A stretch of 64,000 nucleotides of DNA from Emiliania huxleyi CCMP1516 (lineage: Eukaryota): contig NW_005201113.1 in assembly GCF_000372725.1 (NCBI RefSeq), positions 252,763 to 316,762 of the forward strand, in the 5' to 3' direction. The first letter of the stretch is position 1. Every line of letters starts with the position of its first letter. Both the position numbers and the translations under genes were made by a program. A model generated the notes under the pieces. It saw only the letters and a list, made by a program, of their open reading frames with translations. It was not told the origin of the DNA and ran no database searches. This document shows, in pieces, positions 11,300 to 21,424 of the stretch.

Positions 11300-11688
11300 C
11301 AGGTGTGTATTCTTTTTGCTTGGGGCGGACAGCATGCTGAAATTCTGGAAAAACCTGACCGGCCCCTGCGGTGCCCCTACCTACCTACGTCCTACCTACC
11401 TACCTATGGGAAACTAAAAAAGAAATCACGGGCTGGGTGAAGGTGGGGTACTATACCAACTAAAGTGATGGCTGGTGGTACTATCCTGCAACCACAGTCC
11501 TTCCTGTGACATGGCAGGCCACTCTCAAGCCCTACAAGCACCAGATCAACGACTTGGGGAGGGTTGACATCGTGATTTGCGCGGAAAAATTCTTTTTCTG
11601 AAAATTCCGGCGCGAAGAGAGGGAAAACCGCAAAGACCCAACCTACCCCGGCATGCTGTCCGCCCCAAGCAAAAAGAATACACACCTG
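11300..11688. mobile_element. MITE, 389 bp, 38-bp perfect TIR, 7-bp TSD
   Basis: CAGGTGTGTATTCTTTTTGCTTGGGGCGGACAGCATGC with its reverse complement at 11651-11688. TTATACC on both flanks. Confidence 0.92.
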
Positions 11689-11704
11689 TTATACCTGGTA
11701 AAAA

Positions 11705-14700
11705 GGAGGGCGCCTGGGTCTAAATTTAGTGCGTGTGAATGAACTTTAGTGATAGTTTAGTGATCTGTGATCTGTGAGGGTCCGCCCGCAGGCGCATTTT
11801 GTATACCGAGGCGGTGCCCGGTGCCGAACCTGTCGGACCTTGAGACAGCGTTGTAGATCCCTGGGCGAGGGTGGTGGAGAGGGCAGTCCGTCGGCGCCAA
11901 ACCACCTCCCACCGAGGTGGGCAGGTTCCACGCGTTCCCGGACCGCCCCGTTGGAGGTAGGCCGCTCGTCTAGCCAATCAGCCTTAAGCGAGCGGCCTGG
12001 CCGTTGGAATGGCCCAAGACCGGTCCCCGTCGGGAGGGACTCTGGAAGAGGAGAGCAACCAGGTGCCCGGGGGCGTCCCGCCCACATCCGGATGACCTCT
12101 CCTCCTTCGACCAGCCGTCCCCGTGGTGGTCACGCGGCCTCTGGCTGGAACGGGATCTACCTCGCAAGCGAGTCACCCGGGCCGGCGCGCGTCTTCCGGG
12201 AGAGGGGCGGGAGCGAGGGACCTCCTTAGTAAGCCGGCATGCAGGCGCATGCACGGCCGTTCAGAAATTTTCCCGGCCGCTGGAATGGCTGCGCTCCCGC
12301 CCCTCACGCCGGGTTGAGGGGAGGACGACTGTCTCCGCAGGCGGACCTCAGTTACGAGCCGCCCTCCCCTCGAGACGCGAGGCCGGCGCACTCGGGGCCG
12401 AGCCCCAGCGTGCACCGTCCCACACGCCTCACGCGGCCTCTGGCTGGAACGGGATCGCAAGCGAGTCCCCCAGGCCGGCGCGCGTCTTCCGAGAGAGGAG
12501 CCGGAGCGAGGGACCTTCTTAGTTGTCCGGCATGCAGACGCATGCACGGCCGTTCAGAAATTTTCCCAGCCGTTGGAATGGCTGCGCTCCCGCCCCTCAC
12601 GCCGGGTGGACAAGCGGGGGGGAGGTCAATGACCTGCCTAGTAAGCCGACATGCCAGGCATGCCGACCTTTCGGAGCCCCCCCTCGTAGACGTGTGCCGC
12701 TGGGATCATTCCAGTAAGCCCGAGGGCGACGGTCCCCCGGTAGTAGACGTTGGCGCCGAAGAGGGAGGAGTCGCCGAAGGTCGGGTAGTCGTCGGTCATG
12801 CGGGGGGGGGAGGAGTCGGCGAGCAGCAGGGAGGAGAAATGCCTGAGAGGGTGGGAGGGAGGCGTGAGGCGCGAGGTGAGGGGCGTGGGGGCGCAGGGCG
12901 TGCGTGGGACGCGAGGCGTGAGGCGCAGGGCGTGGGGCGGGAGGGCGCGGGGCGCTCGAGTGAGGGCAGGGTGTGTTGTGTGTGTGTGTGTAAATGTGTG
13001 TGTGTTGTGTGTGTGTGTGTGTTGGTTTGTTTGTGCGAGAGCTGGGCAGGGCAGGGCAGGGCGGCGGCGAGCGGCGAGCGGCGAGCGGCGTCGGCGAGAT
13101 CGGCGACGAAGAGAGGCGATGGTGACGTACACGGCGGCAGTGTTCACGGCAGCAGCGCCGGTGGCGGCCCCGCGCAGCGGCGGCGGCGCCCTGAGTGAGG
13201 CAGGCTGCCCTGCACAGCCTGCTGGGCACGCTCCCGCCGAGCGGCGCGCCATGCGGGCCCGCCGCGGGCGACGCGGGCGGCGAGCCGACACGCGTGTCGC
13301 AGGCGTAGACAGCACTGGCGAGGCGAGGCGGCTGGCGCCGGTCCCGGAGGCGGCTGCAGGAAGAGCAGCGAGGCAGAAGTCACTGTCCAAGGCGTACTGA
13401 GCAGGCTGCCATCGAGCAGCGCGCCATGCGGGCCTGCCGCCGGCGACGAGATTGGAGAGCCGACAGGCATCGAAGAGGTAGGTACTGAGGAGGGCCATCG
13501 CGCCCGAGGCGGTCCGCGCCGGCCCTGCAGGCCGTCTCAGAGAGCCTGGCGAGGCTGTACAGAATGCCAAGAGCATACTGGGCAGGCTGCCGTCGAGCGA
13601 CGAGCCATGCTGGCTCGTCGCAGGCGATGAGGTCGAGGAGCCGATCGGAGCGTCGCAGAGGCTGCCGACCACTGCCGTTCGCCCTCGGGCCCAGGGGTGG
13701 AAGGCAAGCTTCCTGGCGTTTCTGGCGAGCGTCCAGACGTCGCAGAGCATCCGGCAGGCGCGCAGCGACCCAAATTTTTGCTCACCGCACGGCCGTGCGA
13801 GCCGTCGGTCGGTGGTGATGGTCGGCGTCGGCGCGCGCCGACCGACGCGGCGGCGGTGGGCGTCATGTGGCGGGCGTGGGAAAGAGCATTGTCCGAATTG
13901 CGGCGGACGTCCCTCGGTACGATAGTTTAGTGCGCTATTTAGTGCGTGTTCGAGTGCGTATTTAGTGCGTCTTTAGCGCGAAATTAGCACAAATTTAGCA
14001 CATATTTAGCACATATTTAGCACATATTTAGCACATATTTAGCACACATTTAGCACATATTTAGTGTGTTTTATCTCCAATTTAGCGCCACATTTAGTTC
14101 ACTTTAGGTGTGGGCAGCTGCAGTACATTTAGTGTGGGTCCCGCATCTTTAGTGCGGCACGCATCTTTAGCACGGCTTCCCAGCCACACCACAGCTAGCC
14201 AGGGCCGCGTGCTTTGCTCCTTGGCTGCCAAGAATGCACCACAGGAGATGCCTGGCCCCTGCCCTCATGACCCAAAGGCAGGCTCCCAGACCCAGTGAGG
14301 CTAGATATGCAGCCCTCCAGAGCAAGATCTCCCGACTGACACCGGCACATAACCGATTCCCGAGAGGAGGACCAGCACAGTTGAATGCGCCACCGCAAGC
14401 ACCACCTCCGACCGCACAACCCATGCTGTGCCCGTGACCACCAGCTGTAATAGAGAGAGAGATTTTTAGCAATACCAAACAAATCTAACACTCACACGTC
14501 ATTTGGGGCCTGGAGCCCTGTTCACGCGCGCGCGTTGTGTTTTGTTTGCTGTAATAGAGTAGAGGTGAGGGTCGGTCTTGGAATTTCAAAGCCAATGTTG
14601 AACCAAAGGATGAAGGATCCAGACCACGAGGACAGAAACGGCCAAATGGCAATGATCCGTAGTCACCGCAAGCAGCTTTACATACGCGTGTACTCGTAGC

Positions 14701-15101
14701 ATGTTGGATCCAGCCCCAGCCATGCACCCGGAAAGCACCCCCTTGAGGTTGATATTCAGCTGAAGAACCTTCTTCGTTCGGTTGGTTGGGGATGGGACGG
14801 GGAACTTTTGCGAGTGGGCAGGGAACTAGGGGGAGAGGGGGAGGGAGGCCCAGCGAGGGTCTGCGGCTGGATCCTACTGCGCGGCTGGACTAAAGACGCA
14901 CTAAACCTCGCTAAATCTGGATGTAAAGTCGCAGTGAACTCGCGCTAAATTTGCGCTAAATTTGCGCTAAATTTGCGCTAAATTTGCGCTAAATTTGCGC
15001 TAAAGTTGCGCTAAAGTTGCGCTAAATTTGCGCTAAAGTGCGCTAAAGATGCAGTAGATAAACACTTCACACCGCACTAAATTTAGACCCAGGCGCCCTC
15101 C
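11705..15101. mobile_element. 3.4-kb non-autonomous TIR element with 6-bp TSD
   Basis: 29-bp [38 protein letters not shown] on both flanks. Internal arrays (TTTAGCACATA)n at ~13985-14065 and (GCGCTAAATTT)n at ~14942-15046 echo the TIR core. Confidence 0.88.
14456..14547 (-). mobile_element. 5'-truncated non-LTR retroelement 3' end with (TC)n tail and 12-bp TSD
   Basis: GCTGTAATAGAG duplicated at 14444-14455 and 14548-14559. The insert matches the repeats at 51223-51697. Confidence 0.8.
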
Positions 15102-15202
15102 TAAAAAGACGGCTGCCGCAGGGAGCCGCAGGTGCTCAGTTTTGCGGCGTTTTGGGGCGAGAAGCTTTCGCCCCTCCCAGGACGCACCTCCGACGCGCTC
15201 CC

Positions 15203-16570
15203 ATGCCGCCGGCCAAGCGCGCCAAAGTCACGGGCTGTGGTGAAGGCCCGCCGCCCGCCGTCACGATCGAGATCGATCCCAAGGACGACGATGACGAAAG
15301 CTACGAAGACGACGACGACGACCCGCTCGGACACCGGGGCGACTATGAGTGCACCCGCCACTTTGGAGCGAAGATCCTGGTCACTGGGGCTCCGGCGGGG
15401 TCGCTTTCCGCGGTACTCGTCAATCGCAGCATGGCCGGCTCGTGCTTCCACAGCGCGTGCGACGCGGAGAGCGGCGAGCTCCAGGAGATCGGCTGCCTCT
15501 TCTTTGGCAGCAGTGGCCAGCCCCGCTACACCGCTCTCAAGAGCGACGCGAGCGCGAAGCGCGGTGGCTTCCTCTACCTTGCGACGTTCGAGATCTCGGC
15601 AGAGCATCGCGTCAACGGCGCCACCGACATCGGTTCCGCAGCCATCAAGGCCCTCCTTTCGTGCGCGGAGGTGTCGGGTCGTTGGAGCGTCGCTGCGTAC
15701 ATTGCCGACAGCTCGGCGAGCCTGACTCCGGCAGAGAAGTCACAGGATCGGGCGGAGGCGATGGAGCGCATGCATGCGCAGATGGGGCGGGGGGCGCACA
15801 CGGAGACTCCCGCGGACAGGGCCGCGCGCGTCGCCAAGATCCACGCCCGCATGGCCGCGGACTGCCGGCAGTTTCTTCGGGCCGGCTTCGCGGAGGCCAA
15901 GCACAAGGACGGCGGCTGGCTGTACATCACCAAGGACATGCTACGCCGCGCGCCGCCCATGTCGCACGAGGCCGCGCTTGCCGTGCCGCTGCGCCTCACG
16001 CCCGCGGCCGGTGGCCCGGGCGCGTCAGCCTCCGCCTCGGCCTCTGGCACCAAGACGGCCGAGGATGAACGGCTGCTCCGCGCCCTCATCAAGAGCTCGT
16101 CCGAGAAGCAGACCGCCGCGTCGCAGCTTGCGCAGATCGACGCCGCCGTGGCGGGGGGCGCCGACCTCACTCGCGCGGCGGTCTTGCAGTGCTGCGCGGC
16201 GAACGGCACGACAGAGCTGATCCAGCCGCTCCTCGCGCGCGGCGCCGACATCAACTCCGAAGACGAGCACGGCTGCACGCCGCTGATGATCGCTGCGCAG
16301 GGCGCGCTCCGGAAGCTGTCGCTCCACCAGCGGACGCACGACTCGAGCATGATCTCCCACCTGCTCGCCCTCGGCGCGGACAAGGGCGCCACAGACCCCG
16401 ACGGCTGCTCGGCGCTCGGGCACTACTACAAGGCGGTGTGCAGCATGAACGACTTCAACGCGGCGCTCATCGGCGGCCCGAAGGCGGTCGTGGACCAGAC
16501 GGTCGTGGCGATGCTCACCCCGGCAGGCGGCCCGACCACGGCCGACAAGGAATGTGCCGACGACCACTGA
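15203..16570 (+). CDS. Ankyrin-repeat protein with N-terminal GNAT-like region (intronless)
   Basis: Ankyrin repeats LLARGADINSEDEHGCTPLMIAA and LLALGADKGATDPDGCSALGHY. GFLYLATFEISAEHRVNGATDIG resembles an acetyltransferase motif A. Confidence 0.75.
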   Translation: MPPAKRAKVTGCGEGPPPAVTIEIDPKDDDDESYEDDDDDPLGHRGDYECTRHFGAKILVTGAPAGSLSAVLVNRSMAGSCFHSACDAESGELQEIGCLFFGSSGQPRYTALKSDASAKRGGFLYLATFEISAEHRVNGATDIGSAAIKALLSCAEVSGRWSVAAYIADSSASLTPAEKSQDRAEAMERMHAQMGRGAHTETPADRAARVAKIHARMAADCRQFLRAGFAEAKHKDGGWLYITKDMLRRAPPMSHEAALAVPLRLTPAAGGPGASASASASGTKTAEDERLLRALIKSSSEKQTAASQLAQIDAAVAGGADLTRAAVLQCCAANGTTELIQPLLARGADINSEDEHGCTPLMIAAQGALRKLSLHQRTHDSSMISHLLALGADKGATDPDGCSALGHYYKAVCSMNDFNAALIGGPKAVVDQTVVAMLTPAGGPTTADKECADDH

Positions 16571-17094
16571 TCACTGAAACATGAAAGGGTGGGAGGGGGG
16601 CGTGGTGGTGGGTGGTGGTGGGCGGGTGGGTGGGGGGTCCCGGGGGCGGCTTAGGCGTAGGGGTGGCTAGGGGTGTGCGCAGGGGGCCGGCCGGTCGCTC
16701 CGGTCGGATGTGTGGGGACGCCCCGGAGCGGCCGCGGCGGGGCGCGCGACGCGTCCCGCCTACCGCCCCCTATACCCCCGCCGCGGCGGGGTGTGCCACG
16801 GTTGGCGTGAGTGAGCGGTTCTCCGGCTCCGCGGTCGATTTTTACTACACGTATTGCTACTCGAGTAGGGGGTACTCGCTTAGTGTGGGTAAACCATAAA
16901 AGTAGATTTGAATATGTCCACGACGTCCACCAGGTCATGCAAAACGGGCCCTGAGTGTCACCAAAAGGTGTACATCGGTACACTGACGTCCGTTAGACGC
17001 GCCTGAGCCTGTTTCAACTGGGCCAGGGGCTGTATCTAGCATAACAACAACACACATGGTGCTCACAAGCCACCTCAGGGTCCACAGTGGCCAT

Positions 17095-18375
17095 TCAAAC
17101 GCGCTCCCCGGACCCCGGCGGGACACCGTCCCACGACCCGGTTTCGGGGTCTTGCCACTCCCAACCCGGCAGAAGGGAGCCAAGATCCACGCGAGTGAAC
17201 GGCTTATCCAGCGCAGCAGCCAGCCTCTCCCTCAGGGCAGTGTAGTTCTCCTCTACCTCCTCCATCCCCGACCAATACCTCAGGGCGGAGGGGGCCCAGA
17301 GGAACCTAAAGTGCGACACGTCTTGCAGAGCGTCAAGCCAATCGCTCTTGATCGCGCGGTCCTCCTCCCACGCGTCGCGGCTGAAGGCCGTCTCCGCCAT
17401 CTGCACGTACGCCTGGTGGATCCTCTTCCCGCAGCGAGACGCCAGCTCGAGGAGAATGTGGGCGTCCTCGGCCGACATCGCGGCCTTGCGACAGTACTCC
17501 TGCGCCTCGGCCTGCCGCAGAATCGAGACCTCCTGCACCGACTTGCTGTGGTCGTCGGCGTCCTTGACCTTAAACTCGAGCTCCTCCACCCGCTTCTCGA
17601 GCTCGCGGATGCGGCCCACCAAGTACTCGGTGGCGAGCGGGTCGCGAGGGGCGCGGCCGCCGCTCCCGCCGCTCTCCATCACCCGCCGCACAAAGGCCCG
17701 TTCCTCCCACCCCTCGATGCCACGGGGCGTCGGGGCGGGAGGCGGCGGCGGAGGCGTGCTCGTCTCTGGCAGGAAGCCCGAGTAGATGGCGCCGCGCCGC
17801 TCCAGCATGCCGACGACGCGCTCCAGTACCGCCGCCACCGCAGCGTCGTCGCTGCCGCGCGCCGCCCGCGCCTCCGCCTTCGCGGCCGCCGCATCCTCCT
17901 TGCCCATGTTGACGAGCCGGGTGGAGACGCGCGCGCCCGCAGCCTCGGCCTCTTCCGGCGACAGCATCGGCGCGCCGACCATGTCGCACAGGAGCTGCGC
18001 GAGCGCCTTCTTTTTGGACACCTTTCCCTTCAGGCCGGCTCCGTCGGCGGCGAAGAGCGCCTTAATGGCATCATCTGCACACTCCATCAGCTGGAAGGTG
18101 ACCACTGGGGCGACCCGCGGCAGCCCGGAGGGCTGGTACGCTTGGTCCAAGCCGAAGAGGATCGCCTCCGCACGCCTGACGAGCGCCTGGCGGGTCAGAA
18201 GCTGAGCCGTGCAGCGGGCGGCGCTGTATGAGGCCAGAGAGGACAGGGCAGCACTCTCTGCCAGCTCTTTGGGCCTTCGAGCGGCGTCGAGGTGAAGATC
18301 GGGGCAGGAGGGCTGTCTTCGCCAGCCATTGTGGCTGCCCTTCCGTGTACACCGCGCCGCGCGCGGCACCCCCAC
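17095..18375 (-). CDS. Hypothetical coiled-coil protein
   Basis: 426-aa ORF with a heptad-rich segment (RIRELEKRVEELEFKVK). No family recognised; start uncertain. Confidence 0.45.
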   Translation of the reverse strand: MGVPRAARCTRKGSHNGWRRQPSCPDLHLDAARRPKELAESAALSSLASYSAARCTAQLLTRQALVRRAEAILFGLDQAYQPSGLPRVAPVVTFQLMECADDAIKALFAADGAGLKGKVSKKKALAQLLCDMVGAPMLSPEEAEAAGARVSTRLVNMGKEDAAAAKAEARAARGSDDAAVAAVLERVVGMLERRGAIYSGFLPETSTPPPPPPAPTPRGIEGWEERAFVRRVMESGGSGGRAPRDPLATEYLVGRIRELEKRVEELEFKVKDADDHSKSVQEVSILRQAEAQEYCRKAAMSAEDAHILLELASRCGKRIHQAYVQMAETAFSRDAWEEDRAIKSDWLDALQDVSHFRFLWAPSALRYWSGMEEVEENYTALRERLAAALDKPFTRVDLGSLLPGWEWQDPETGSWDGVPPGSGERV

Positions 18376-18951
18376 CGACTCTACCTCCGACCCCAGGGCC
18401 TAGGCGGCCCGCCATGAAATCTAGCCGTGTGTGCTGGCGTCCGGGTCCCAGCGGGTTTTCACGTAACAAGTACACACACCGCGGAATAAAACTCAGTCTT
18501 ATTTTGCATGACCTGACGGCTTCGTGAGTGCTCTTGGGGTGGCCTCAAGCATCTCCCCAAGGGAGCCTCTGCGGTGCCACATAAGCAACTTGGTGATTGT
18601 CGAGACTTTAAAGGATTCGTTTGAAGAAACGCAAACAGGCCAGACACTACTAAGGCTAGTGCCATTTCACTCTGACACGCTAATCTTGAAAACGTCTCCC
18701 CAACGGAGCTCCGTGTTGCTTCCAGCGCCCTCCCCCGCGCTCCCTGCGGCCATGGCCGATGCTCCTAGTATGAGAGGTCATCTGGCTACGGCTCTACCGC
18801 GAGAGCGACCCAACTCGTCGACATCGTCCGATGATGGTGCCGCAAAGTCAGCCTTCGGAGGCTATTTGGGGCCGAGCCGGCAGTAGCCGTGACATGTGGT
18901 TCCACCACCCCTCGTAGGCTTTGCCTCTGATCGCCACCGTTCCCAGGCTGC

Positions 18952-20931
18952 CTAATGGGATGGAAAGGAAGGCTCAGCGAGCGTATAGAAGCGTGCTCGA
19001 CCTCGTCGTGGCAACCTGCACGGCAGCGCTTCAGAGCAGGTGACGACTCTGAACGCACTGACATCGAAGACAGAGAGTAGCGCGGCTGTGCCAAGCGCCG
19101 TCGTGCGAGAGTCAGCCTCGGCAAGCTGCTCAAGGAGGAGGGGCCGGCTAAGCAGGCGTGCGTGAATGGCGGCAGCGAGATAGCCCTCCATGGCGGCCCA
19201 AATCGTAGAGCGGCATGTGGCATAGGTGCAACCATGCGCATCGCCTCCTCCGCAGCTTCCATCGCAGAAGCTGTGGTGAATTACTCGCAATGCCTCTGCG
19301 TAAGCCATGCGGCGGCGGTAGCCAGGGGCGCCGATTCCCTTGTGCTTAAGGTAGGCGCGTTGGATGATAATGGCCGCGGCGTGGAAAGGCGCATACTCGA
19401 TCACAGAGTACCATGGCTCGAACACCTGCTCGGGGATACACTCCTCCGCCAGCTTCGCAGCTGGCGTCCCATAGTCGAGAATGGCGGTATTGCCACGAGG
19501 CTTGAGCCCAAAGCTGCGCAAAACACATTCGAGGTAGTCGCCATAGCATGGGCAGTACCACGAGGTCACATGCGTGGAATCGCCCTGGCAAGACTTGTCG
19601 AAGAAAGGCGGCAGGTGGTGGCCCGAGCGCATAGCCGAGCGCTTGGACGGGCCATTCAGGAACAGCAGGTTGGGGTCGAGCGCGCCGTTGAGGGTGAGGG
19701 CGGCGTGCAAATCGTCGCGGGGGACGCCGTCCCGCCACTTTTCTTGCAACGCAAAATTGGCCTCACGATGCATGTACCAGTCCAGGGATCGATCGTACTC
19801 ACATGCCTTCCATGTCTCGAAGGCCTGGGCCGCTAGTCGCTGGACGAGGGCCGGGTCATTCGCGCACAATACCTCGGTAAGGCGCTCGTAGAGCTCGGGC
19901 GAGACGGAGCCAAGGGGAACGAGGTCGCCGTGGCTCTCCGTCCAAAGTCCTTGCCCGTTGTGGCCCAGCCAGAAGGCGTCAAAGTCAGCAATCGACTCGA
20001 CATCTACCCATTGTCCTCGTAGGTAGAGCCCCATGAACCGTGGTCCAGCCTTCTCAAGGAACTGAACAGGGATCGAAATGGGGCAGTCCGAGAAACGGCC
20101 CTTGAGTCGGGGGTCGTCTGGGATAACGCCAGCGAAAGACCTGGTAGGGGTCACCGTATCGACGCGTGAAACTGACTTGATTGTTGCATATTCTCCGGAG
20201 AATTCGCTCTCACGCGTAATCTTGACGCGGTCGCCAATCTCCAGCCCTGAGCCGATTGAGACGCCGTGTGTCGCGTCCGGTCGTGCAGGCGCGAGGGGCG
20301 AGAGGCTCGTATGCATGGCGATGACCTCGCCTTGCTCGCCAAAAGGGTCGAGCGGGTTGTCGAATCCTGCGCCCACAGCTAATTCAGCCAAGCTCGGACG
20401 CTGGTCGCGGTCGACAAAATGGTTGAACTCCTCTGACGTCGGCATCGGCCAGTCACCGTCGAAGGAGTCGGCAGGGCTTGCAGTAGCGACCCCGCCGCTA
20501 CCAATCTGCACAATCTCCAGGCGGGGGAGGCGGTCCGCGCCGCCTCCCTGCCGGTGCGGGCCGTCAGCGTACACTGTGAAGCCATGCTGCCCTCCCGAGG
20601 TCTCTGATAAGAGAAGGTTCCCGGAAGTCTCCACTTTCTGGCGCTTGGCTCGGTCCCCCGCGAAAGACACCTGCGGGGGCGCAAGCGCGCCGCTGACGCC
20701 CGAGGGGGCAAGGCGGCTCGCGGCAGCTTCCCATGCCGCCTCCGCCTCTGCGCCCTTGGGTGCGGGCCCTCGGCGGGAAGGGGCTTCACTCGCCGCTTCC
20801 GCCTCTACCCCCTGGTGGTGAACCCCCGGGGTGGCCCTGGTGATGGGTAAGCGTGCCTCCTCCTCCCGCGCGGCCCTTGACCACGGGCCGCCGGGAAGCT
20901 CGAGGCCCCCACTCATGTAGCGTCTCTTCAC
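18952..20931 (-). CDS. Hypothetical protein (659 aa, intronless) with IQ-like motif
   Basis: Long non-repetitive ORF. AAIIIQRAYLKH is IQ-like; IGDRVKITRESEFSGEYATI is KOW/SH3-like. Confidence 0.5.
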   Translation of the reverse strand: MKRRYMSGGLELPGGPWSRAAREEEARLPITRATPGVHHQGVEAEAASEAPSRRGPAPKGAEAEAAWEAAASRLAPSGVSGALAPPQVSFAGDRAKRQKVETSGNLLLSETSGGQHGFTVYADGPHRQGGGADRLPRLEIVQIGSGGVATASPADSFDGDWPMPTSEEFNHFVDRDQRPSLAELAVGAGFDNPLDPFGEQGEVIAMHTSLSPLAPARPDATHGVSIGSGLEIGDRVKITRESEFSGEYATIKSVSRVDTVTPTRSFAGVIPDDPRLKGRFSDCPISIPVQFLEKAGPRFMGLYLRGQWVDVESIADFDAFWLGHNGQGLWTESHGDLVPLGSVSPELYERLTEVLCANDPALVQRLAAQAFETWKACEYDRSLDWYMHREANFALQEKWRDGVPRDDLHAALTLNGALDPNLLFLNGPSKRSAMRSGHHLPPFFDKSCQGDSTHVTSWYCPCYGDYLECVLRSFGLKPRGNTAILDYGTPAAKLAEECIPEQVFEPWYSVIEYAPFHAAAIIIQRAYLKHKGIGAPGYRRRMAYAEALRVIHHSFCDGSCGGGDAHGCTYATCRSTIWAAMEGYLAAAIHARLLSRPLLLEQLAEADSRTTALGTAALLSVFDVSAFRVVTCSEALPCRLPRRGRARFYTLAEPSFPSH

Positions 20932-21424
20932 TCGGATGCTCTGAACGGGTTTTTACTTCTCACACCATTAAAGAAAGAAATACAAAAAGTCCCCCCACTT
21001 AAATCGGCCAGCCGCCACTCCGCTTGTGGCTCGGCCGATTTTGCCCGAGTGGCCAATTCCCCCCACACACTTACTTAGACGAGACACGATCTCTATCTCA
21101 ACATATCTCCTTCGACGCCGCATTTCCAAGTTTGGTGCCCGAGTGGTCAACTATGACCAAACTTGGTCGGTTATAACCGATGGCGTCCACTCGATCGAAC
21201 CTCGAGACCCCAGTTCGAGATCGAGTGTCTCGAATCTGTGTCATAATGCGGTTCGTATGCGTACGTCCGTGTGTGTGTGTGTGTGTGTGTGGTGGGGGGG
21301 GAAACACGTGTGAACACAGTGTGTGTGAATTCAGGACGAGCAGCCTCCTACCTGAGCCCATCTCTCCTGAGCCCAGAAAAAAAAACTTGTTGGTTACGAT
21401 GTGTCCGTCCCCCCCCTACGATCG

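Noticed and set aside
13985..15046. CRISPR array or telomeric repeat
   Set aside because: 11-bp units with no unique spacers and no cas genes; not TTAGGG-type. They are subterminal or internal repeats of a TIR element.
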